NCBI GenBank assembly: GCA_024704765.1
Contig: JAKMXF010000125.1
Span: 1 to 32,721, forward strand
Direction: 5' to 3'
Length of the DNA stretch: 32,721 bases
Origin: Oopsacas minuta
Lineage: Eukaryota > Animalia > Porifera
In this document: positions 24,208 through 32,721 of the stretch, piece after piece
How the letters are laid out: the number at the start of each line of letters is the position of its first letter
Numbering within the stretch: the first letter of the stretch is position 1
Notes under the pieces: model-generated
Told to the model about the DNA's origin: nothing
What the model saw: the letters and a program-made list of their open reading frames with translations, nothing else
Database searches by the model: none
Translations under genes and position numbers: made by a program

Positions 24208-26255
24208 CTTGCTGGGCTGTAATCTTTGAATGGCCACCAACACCAAGAGCAGAAGCTGTGAACATAACACAGGGAATACTGAAGGCGCCAGGGCTGACTC
24301 TACTCATTGCCAACCAGGAAAAATCTTTGAGATGTCGTGGCAAAAGTCTTCGACGTTGCTCAACACCACTTTTCGTGTGTGACTGCTGATCCACCCGAAC
24401 TGAAGAAGGAATTTCAGAAGTATAGTTTGGAGTCCATGGCTCCAGATATCTAATGCGATCCTCGACCCCAGTTGATGTCCAACAGCCAGGCCATTGCCAT
24501 TATGGTAGGAGTAGCTTGCTGCATCATCACAAATCTACCTAGGCACTGTCACATCTACACTCTACTTTGTCTGGTGTTTGTTCATGCAGGCACTGAAGCA
24601 CTTCATTAGGTTGTAGATCTACAATAAGTTGGGGATCAGGAGTAGAAACAACTTGGAGAATTACTCCAGCGTTGTCACTTGTCTTCTTTTCCACTCATGA
24701 AGCAACAAGTACAAACAGCTGGAAGAATAAGTAATTGAATTATGTACAAAAGATAGGATAGAACAATAAATATGATACTTAACAGAAGGTAATCAAATAC
24801 AATTCAGTAGAACTTATGTATGTTTTGGGGTACTTTGAAACAAGGGTAGTCCTCTGTTTTTTGTTGCTAATGAAAAATAATTAGTCTGACAGATTGGGGT
24901 CCTAGAACCCCCAAGACCCCCCTCCCTACTCCACTGCTACACACAATATAATTAAGGGCTGGAAATGTAGCATATATACAAAATTCTTTTAGAAATCATA
25001 CTTTTAGGAATGAGTGGTTTTGGTTTGCTTCTAGGTGTTGTCTTCCAATTAATGAATATTTACATACAGAGCCAATTTACTATAACTTTAATAAAAATTT
25101 TCTATCAACCAACAGCAAAATATAAGTTATGAAACTAATCCATACCAAAGATGCTAAATCAACATATTAATTTACCACATGTATCGGATTTTGACTACAA
25201 ATTTTTTGGTCAAACAAAAAAGTATATTTATTAAATATGGTTGTATTGTATTATTAATAATGCTTCACGCTAATGTACATATGTTCCGCAATTCAATTCC
25301 CAAATCAATTTTACAGTGCGTACTTGCCAATTTTTACGACTCGATTTGTTATTCGTTCAGAAACTCTACTAGATGCAGAAACCCAACCATTTTCCTCCCT
25401 TTTTGAAATCAGTGACTTTGATGGCATGGTTGTGCTGTGTAATTTATGATATATTCCCTACAACTTCTAAAACATTTATGACAAACTTAGCAATTCAAAA
25501 TTATGTACAGACATCTCCGCTTAATAACATTATCTAGTTGATCCGGGTAACCACGAAGAGGTGAGAGTACGTCTACCATTCAAGCTATGTTAGAGTTACT
25601 CTAATAAAGCCTCCAGAGAATCAGATATTAAATTCTTCCTCATCGACCATTTTACCTTTTACATAAACCAACATATAGTTACTGCAAAATTATGCTTATT
25701 GCCTCAGCCTAACCATGTTTTAACAACCTGGGCTAACCATAGCCGATATTAACCTACTCCCATCTCAGTGGTTGATCTTTAAAATCATTTTCTAAAGATA
25801 TATGGAGCAATTACAGTTTGCATGGTCTTCTGACTCGCAATGATGAGTAATGAATAATTTGAAAAATATATAACTATATATTACAACGTACAATGGAGAA
25901 TAGAGTGCATTCGAGGGAAATGGGGGTTTCGATATCCCTCACACCTACAATTTGTAATATTTGCATGGGGGTTAATCCCCTAAGGAATTGATATAACTAC
26001 TCCAATTTTTGTATAATCACTTTAAGTGATGTCATGGCCAAATGATGACGTCAGCAAAAAATATTTATTCGCAAACCTTCCTAAGTGGTATTTTTCAGGT
26101 ATATATTGTATCTAAATATATTGTTATGTATATGAAAATACTACCTAGACAAGCAGAGAATGAAATATATGATCATGTTCGTTGTGTGGAGCGGGAGCTT
26201 TCAAATTAGCTTACAAATATGACTCAATTCTCCACATTTTACAAACAACCAAGTG

Positions 26256-28253
26256 TCAAAACTTTGTTAATACAGGATCGCTTTGAGAAGAGAGGCGAAT
26301 GAATATGTCCCTAGTATTTTGCATGAATGAAGTTTATCTAGCCAAATGCTCACGATATTTTTGAATCAGCTTATTACATGCTTCGGAAGCTTCCTCAGAA
26401 AATTATTTCATCCCATAATCATCACTACAATCTCTGATTAACTCTGTACTATGAGTTAATAATTTATGTAGGAATGGAGCAATATTAGCCCAGGGGAATT
26501 GTGTTAGTATGAATTCATAGGTTTCTAGGACTAATACTTCATGAGCATTCGTATTGATCTCCCTACCACTTTAAAGCAGCATAGAATAACTGAGATGTTG
26601 GTGTAAATTTTTCTTAGTGAATCGTGTAAATCTGAAAGGAAAAATGTCGTGAACCCATGTATGAATTTATTCTTATTGCTGAACCATTCATGGGCTATGT
26701 TGCCAGTAGATGTTGTCTCACCATCGCTAGAGCGTTGGTCAATTTTCATACCAGTATTTTTTTGTAATACCCAATAATAAATTTCAAAGAGTCTTTGACT
26801 TGGGCAGAGGTTTGTGACCATTTCTTACATCCAGTGTATAGATTGTTTACCTGAAGCATGAACCAATGAAAGACGCACATATATGAATAAAGTGGAGAAG
26901 CAGGAATGATACCAATATCAGACAATGGCTCATGAGTCAAACCGAAACGCTGTTGTGAAGGAAGTGTTAAATATTCTGTTGTATCAACAGAATAAAATTT
27001 CACATTTGCGGCGTAATTGTTCTGTTAATGGGATACCCAGATCTCACTAAATCAAAATAATGTGGCTCAATTAATGAAGCAGTGCATAATTGAAATTTCA
27101 CACCAGCTGTACCAGAGAATGTGCTCGACATTTACCATTTATCATACTATGGGATCCCTTCACTGTTGCATGGCCTTGAGGAAGAGAAATACCTCTTGGT
27201 CAATTATAGTTGTTTGTGGATTGATCTAAGTATCCACTGGAAACGGACGTTTTCTTCGCTTTCTTTTATGGCTATTAAAGCAGCTGGCCGAACCTGAAAG
27301 TGTGAATATGGAACTGTATTTACCCATATTTCTGTGCTAGTAGAATCCTTTACTGAAAGTAATTTAATAGCAAATGATAAGACATTTTTTGAGTTGAATT
27401 CTATGCTCTTCTGTAGTTGGTTATATATTTGATGCAGCCTGATCAGTCAAGGCCATCGAATAGTCTTAAAGCCAAAAAGCTATTGACAATCATTTAACTG
27501 TGAAGTGTTGAAAGTAATCAAAACTGTCTGTTTAAAACCATTGAATATGATATACAAATTCCTACATATGGCTGATCATAGTTGTGCACATATTGGAGGT
27601 CATTTGCAAGCGTAATGTTGGCACGGTGTGAAGCTATTATTTTGTATGCCGGGAGCAAGCAATTCTCAGTCTTCAACAACCGTTTTAGATGAGAGTACTT
27701 CTGTTTGCCAATTTCAAGCTGATAAAAAAGAAAGGTTTCCTTTTCAATACAAATACGTTTTCCAGTATTATCGAATGTACCATCTGAAATTACTTGTTTA
27801 AAAACGGAAGATGTGTTTCGATCATAAGACTGGTTGGAGACTAACTGAAGAGCATAGGACGCTATTGTTTAATATCTACCTCCTCTATCTGTGCTATCTG
27901 GCTTATGAGATGTAATAATGGAGTTAATCCAAATCTCAAACCCTTAAGAGTTAATTCAGGAAGCGGTTTCCTGATCTCGGTGGATAAGGCAGCTTCGAAT
28001 ACTGTCCCGTAGAGAGAGCATCTCCCTTTGGCAGGGCGTTCAACAATAGAAGAGTAGAATAATAACTCTTCCCAGGTGTCTAAATCACCATTTCTCAGAA
28101 AAGAATCTCTACTCGATCTGAGTTCTCTGAACTTGCTGTTAATACTATTCAGCTCGGTATCAGGTCATCCTTAAAATACGGAGGATTTCATCAAAATAAG
28201 GCTCTCACTGGAGGCTTAGATTTGAGAATGTCATAAGTCTCACGATTATTCAT
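26256..28253 (-). pseudogene. Transib / RAG1-core-like transposase, decayed (~660 codons)
   Basis: In order: MNNRETYDILKSK; LEIGKQKYSHLKRLLK; (W)GLD*SG (first Asp, 27446-27448); IWVNTVPYSHFQVRP...KE; SMINGK (second Asp position, D to N); CTAS; PASPLYSY; GETTSTGNIA; FPWANIAPFLHKLLTHSTE; FSEEASEACNKLIQKYREHLAR...RDIFIRL..QSDP (Glu). This matches the motif order of Transib and RAG1 core. TIRs not identified. Confidence 0.85.
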
Positions 28254-28899
28254 TATCTGCCTAATCGATATAGCAAAAACATTAATATAGAGAATATCAA
28301 AAATACTCTAAAAATAGCCATTTAAAAATTCACCATATGTCAATACCAAATTTTGCAAAAAGGTACCTGTCGGTTCTTTGAGGGGGGTCTGCAATTTATC
28401 TAAAAATTATCTTTGAATGATTATCTATCATTTGATAACATCTAAACATATGACCACGACCCACCACCCAAGGTTTCTCACTCTATTGGCCAAAGAAATT
28501 GTCTCCGTACGATAGAAAACCGGCGAATTGAAAGTACATATTTAGGAGATGTGCTTGTGTCCAATTCTCTTAGATAGCTTTTCGTTTTAGTAGCATCATA
28601 TAAAAGAATAACTAGCAAGGAGAAATTACACGTATCATGCTATACTGGGTGAGTTTGAATGAAACAATATTTGTATTACAAAACCGTAATAATTTGATAC
28701 TTAAAATTAAAATCTCATCACTCAAACGCATCAACATAATTTTGAATGTAGAAGTATTATGACTTCAATACTTTGTTTGTATATGTTTTAGGCTATGCTG
28801 CATCCGATAATATGGACCTAATCTAAATTGAATATGGTAAAACTGCATCTCTATTTCGCCTTTTTTCCCAATGTGTAACGTGTGTATATTAAAATACGA

Positions 28900-29220
28900 A
28901 ATGATTAATCTACTAGAAGTTGTCGGTCTATATCATTCTTCAAACTTCTTCTTCAAAGTAGTTTCAGTTTTGATGGCCTCTTGGCTCGAACCGATAGATA
29001 ATGAAGAATTCGAGATGTATTTAACCATTACTAGCTGAAAATCGCCCTACTTGCGCCGCTTCTGCTAGCTCCTGAAAAGGCTTTTTCTTGGTATCTTCGG
29101 CCCCTTTACACAATTATCATTGAATGGTAGAAGATGCGCGGGCTTGCTCTATACGGCCTGCGAACATTTCGTGTCCGTTGATCTTCTGGTATTACTTGTA
29201 ATCTTAAGTATCGTCTGTTC
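28900..29220 (-). mobile_element. Possible pogo/Tigger (CENP-B-type HTH) transposase fragment
   Basis: IEQARAS-(L)PFND...K...FQELAEAAQVGRFSASNG* resembles the W-x2-Q-x-R...F-x-ASNGW motif of pogo/Tigger HTH domains. Short and frameshifted. Confidence 0.45.
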
Positions 29221-29556
29221 ACAACTTTAGATATTAAGACAGCATATTTGACATGTATACTCGTAGTGAGATCTAGTTATCACCAGGTAATCAGTAATTA
29301 TGCAAGGGATAAAGTTAGGCGTGGATATTAGTAGTAGTGACCGAACTAGTTTTCTGCTAAATATTATGGTTGGATATTCTACTAACGGAATAATTTAGAA
29401 AGTATTCGTTACAGCTAAACCGTTAATATTTAGGAAATAATTTAGCCTCAAATAACGTTCGGAACAACTATTCGATTTATGTTGATTATCTATATTCGGA
29501 AATAGACTGTTTGTCGACTATTAGTGGGTAGATTGAAACGTTAATGATCATACCTT

Positions 29557-30642
29557 TCAGGAACACATATCACAGTAAAAAGAGGCTTTAGACACAGTCT
29601 AAATGTCTACGTCAGCACAATAGCAATGAATCCATTCAGAGCAGTTGTAACATTATCCAAATCGGATTGATTCTTTCGAAGTTTCCTCTATAACATAGGT
29701 TCTAGTTCCTTCTTGTGGCATGTACTACACAGGGTATCAGACTCATCAGAGCTACTGGTTGAGCTAGAAGACCGTGTGGAAACAGGAGAAACGCCACACG
29801 CCCTCGCACTTCTCTACCTGTTATACAGATCCGACATCGAGCCCTGACACAATTGTTCTTTGTGGAATTCTCAGCCCCAAACTGCCTCCCTATATAGCTT
29901 CTTCCGCCATCTGCATCAACAGGGCACTCTCTCTTTGTTGCTTGAATAGTCTCGCTCTTCTTCTTCGTCTTTGATAATTCGATTTCTTCTAAGCTCACCG
30001 AGAATAATATAACCAGTATTCTCGTTTAAGAATTGTACTATAGGTCCGCCAAGAGGGAGACAGCCCAAGGTCAGCCAGGATTCCGAAAAGTGAAAGTCTT
30101 CCAAGAGCTATCGAAGCTGACGGTTACGTTGGTAGCGTTAGGATGAGGTGATATTTCACAGTCTGATCTTTGGCGTAGCTGTTTAGCGGCAACAGACATG
30201 GCAGTCCCTACTGCAAATTTATAACAGCTTCCAGACAGTTCAGATATGGAGATGGCATGCTCTGAACTGGTGGGGGGACATTAAATATTGTAGATAGTTT
30301 GTGAAAATTGCGCCACGAAATACAAGTAGAGTGTACAGCCGTAACACTCTACTGGTATGTATTATTTCTGTTTTCTTCGTAAAGGGAAAGACTCCCAGCA
30401 CATTCGCTGCGATGAAAGGCGGAGAATACCTCTGCTAGGATGCCAACATCAAGAATTCTCATGCCAGTTGGACTGTGTATTTCTCTTTTCTCATGAGACT
30501 GAAAGTAGTAACAAGAATTTGGAACGCGTCGTGGTGGAATGGGAAATTTAGCAATGAAGCCTCTGCGTGTGAGTACCTTTAGGTATTTGCGATTCTTTGC
30601 ATTACGCGGGTTCGGGGACAGTGGTATTATCAGGTCTTGCAA
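29557..30642 (-). pseudogene. Kolobok-type / Mutator-like-domain transposase remnant with C-terminal PHD finger, catalytic core deleted
   Basis: GMRILDVGILAEVFSAFHRSECAGSLSLYEE (N-terminal zinc-binding remnant), NVTVSFDSSWK (first Asp motif), then directly the C-terminal GILADLGLSPSWRT...YQRRRRARLFK...GGQFG-like segment, a Ser-rich linker and DTLCSTC...WI-CYNCSEWIHCYC...FYCDMCS* (stop 29557-29559). Confidence 0.7.
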
Positions 30643-31185
30643 ATCTTTAAGAGATAGTGTGCAAGTTGTATAAATATTTTCATATAAGCGACAATTTCAA
30701 GGCATCCCATGCATTTATCAACTGAAGACAATCTTGTTCTTAAGATGTTGTAGGAGCCAGTCCAAGTGAGATGAGTGCTTGATAAATCTTTGGAGAAGTT
30801 TGACTAACTAACTGGTGCTGAGGTGTAGATTCAGATTAAGGTGGGCATGCAGGCCCTAAACCAACAGTCACCCCCCCCCCTCCTTGCGACTCATACTTAC
30901 ACGCAGTAGTGTCGAGAGTGTGGGCAGGGCTGCAAAAATTTCGTGAGCACTTGATAAACCATGTTCTCAGTGTTTTGAGTACTTGACAGTTCTATATAAT
31001 GACAGAGGCGACTAGTATATTTGAAAACAATAGTTGATATGAATGGAATGTGACCACACTCCTGTGTTGCTAAGGGATCGTGTTTTTCTTATTCGAAGCT
31101 ATAATTCAGAAACTATGAATGCTATGTCTCTCAACTTTACACCAATAGATTCGTAATAGTCAATTTCCTATTCATTAACCATATA

Positions 31186-32553
31186 CTGGGTGGTTCAAAA
31201 AATGGAAACCCTCTTTGAAATCCCTATAGCCCTTACTATTTTCTGTTCAAAGTCAATGAAACTTTCTAATTATACAATTCTAACAATCTACTAAAAGCAT
31301 TCAAAGCATAATCATTCTAATTTAAGGATAAGTGGTGATTTATAAGATGTGCTCCCTATGCCCTCCGTTCACCTCGATACATTTTTTGATCCTGAGAGTG
31401 AAGTTCTGCATCACAGCTTTCAAAACAGGTCCCTCTATTGCACTTATCTCGTCTTTGATCTTCTCTTTCAGCTGGTTTAGACCTCTCGGCTTCTCTTCAT
31501 ACTCTTTGTTCTTAAGATAACCCCACAGATAGAAATCTGTGGGACTAAGGTCTGGAGTATAAGGTGGCCACTCAATTTTGCACCGTCTGCAAACAATTCT
31601 CTTCTTGAAGTGCTACTTCAGCCACTCAATGCTGACATTGGCAGTATGGGGCGCTTCACCGTCCTGCTGGAACCACTGTTTGTTCAAAGTCGAGTTGAAT
31701 CTTCTCTGAAGCTCTATCCAAATCCTGTCAAGAACCTCAATGTATCGTTCTGAGTTCACGGTTACAGCCACTCCATTCCTCTCGAAAAAGAATGGGCCAA
31801 TAATCCCTCTTGAAGATATCGCAACCCATGCTGTAACTTTGCATGAATGGAGTGGTCTTACAAAGACTTCTGCAGGAGGCGAAGTGCCCCAATATACATT
31901 ATTTTTTGAATTCACTTGACGTCCAAGTGAAAGTGGGCTTCGTCAGTAGTCCAGAGATTCTTCAGAAATGTGTCAGGCTCCTCAATCTTGTCGAGCAGAA
32001 CTTTTCCCATCTCCTTTCTCCTATTCTTATCAGCTTCAGAAAGCTTCTGGTGTATTTGTATCCGGTATGGGAACATGCCCAGATCTTCAGTCATCATTCT
32101 CACCATTGTAGACCTTGATATGGGCAAGGTTTGTTCCCTTTTTCTGGTCGATCGTTTTGGTGACTGTTCAACTGACTCCCGAACCATAGCAATAACATGG
32201 AACTTGCGGAGTCTCTTTTTCCAGAATGAGTTTCTCTATCTTTACACTTCTTATTAAGGATATTGACAGTGCCTGCATATTGAAACTTCTTCACCATCTT
32301 GAATATGGGGGACTTGGTTGGGGCTAGTTCCGTCCCGAATCGATGTAAAAAGTTCTGTTGCGTTTTCACAAACGACTTAGTCTCTAAATATTTCTGAATA
32401 CACCATACTCGCTTTTGAGTTATCCACTGTCTTGTTTTTGGTAAATCAGAGGTGTTAGCTAACATACTATCTTAAAATGGTATTAGGTTATAACTAAAAA
32501 TGACTAAGAAGGTCTAAAACAAAAATAGGTCTTCATTTTTTTGAACTCCCCTG
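31186..32553 (-). mobile_element. Tc1/mariner DD41D (rosa/Visitor-type, DUF4817-like N-terminus) element, full length, decayed
   Basis: TA at 31184-31185 and 32554-32555. TIRs CTGGGTGGTTCAAAAAATGG and CAGGGGAGTTCAAAAAAATG. Motifs WTTDEAHFHL, HSCKVTAWVAIS..GIIGPFFF, WFQQDG...WPPYTPDLSPTDFYLWGYLK, NGGHREHIL*. Exactly 123 nt (41 codons) between D at 31661-31663 and D at 31535-31537. Confidence 0.93.
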
Positions 32554-32625
32554 TATTTCATTTTATTTCTCTTGATACTTGAGATATTTTGATATTTCTC
32601 ATATATTATATGACTATCATACATA

Positions 32626-32721
32626 CAGGGTTGGGCATAAGTTCTGCCACAATATTATAATCCAGCCAAAAATTATTCCATTAGTTATTTGTATCTGTCA
32701 TTTAGCTCAAACTTTGTTATA
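32626..32721. mobile_element. Probable terminus of another TA-flanked Tc1/mariner element running off the window
   Basis: TA|CAGGGTTGGGCATAAGTT resembles the CAGGG-type TIRs of this superfamily. Only one end is visible. Confidence 0.4.

Larger units (their letters stand above)
18308..24936 (-). mobile_element. Outer hAT-Tip100 (ZMYM1-like) transposon, interrupted by a second hAT
   Basis: Start MSGK(R)RQVTTLE (ATG 24698); TTF-type zinc-finger remnant FSWLAMSRVSPGAFSIPCVMF...GVGG. Across the inner element: CIGHGYD-ASSMTGQRAGAAA, FRSSAKR, LYPAIDSIVTDLELRF and ATLLVTTVEAKRMFSKM...RSTM. Termini TATAGGCGTAGCC and CAGTGGAGTAGGG are imperfect and flanks CTACGTTC / CTACACAC match only 5/8, so the outer boundaries are tentative. 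Confidence 0.8.

Noticed and set aside
25898-28488. AATAGAGTG inverted pair as termini of the Transib-like element
   Set aside because: Only ~9 bp match, not CAC-initiated, and no TSD; kept only as a remark.
29557-30642. RAG2-like gene beside the RAG1-like ORF
   Set aside because: No kelch repeats visible. The PHD follows Kolobok/Mutator-like transposase motifs and is in tandem rather than convergent orientation.
29230-30745. TTAA-flanked termini for the Kolobok-like element
   Set aside because: Several TTAA sites occur but no convincing inverted-repeat pair was found.
1651-32257. Most plus/minus ORFs overlapping the transposons (e.g. 1917-2297, 19397-19711, 22869-23120, 31843-32257)
   Set aside because: They are antisense or off-frame shadows of decayed transposase genes, with no recognisable domains.

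Overview
AT-rich eukaryotic (animal, probably invertebrate) genomic DNA made mostly of decayed DNA transposons. I recognise about 13 transposase-bearing elements: hAT-Buster, Chapaev-type, hATm, two hAT-Tip100, mariner DD34D (one full, two 3' ends), Tc1-like DD37E, DD41D, Transib/RAG1-like, a pogo fragment and a Kolobok/Mutator-like element with a PHD finger. There are also MITEs and Helitron-like pieces, and I recognised no retrotransposon. Every recognised transposase has stops, frameshifts, deletions or truncation. The only convincing host coding sequence is an ankyrin-repeat exon/ORF (7095-7409, ANKRD66-like). Highlights: a RAG1-like Transib transposase; an adjacent Kolobok-type transposase with a C-terminal PHD finger; a three-level nest (mariner in hAT in hAT) with readable target-site duplications (TSDs); and a hATm element with ~270-bp terminal inverted repeats (TIRs). 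Single N bases at 4755 and 16035 look like collapsed assembly gaps. Family names come from manual translation and recalled motifs, not database searches. The organism cannot be determined from the sequence alone.
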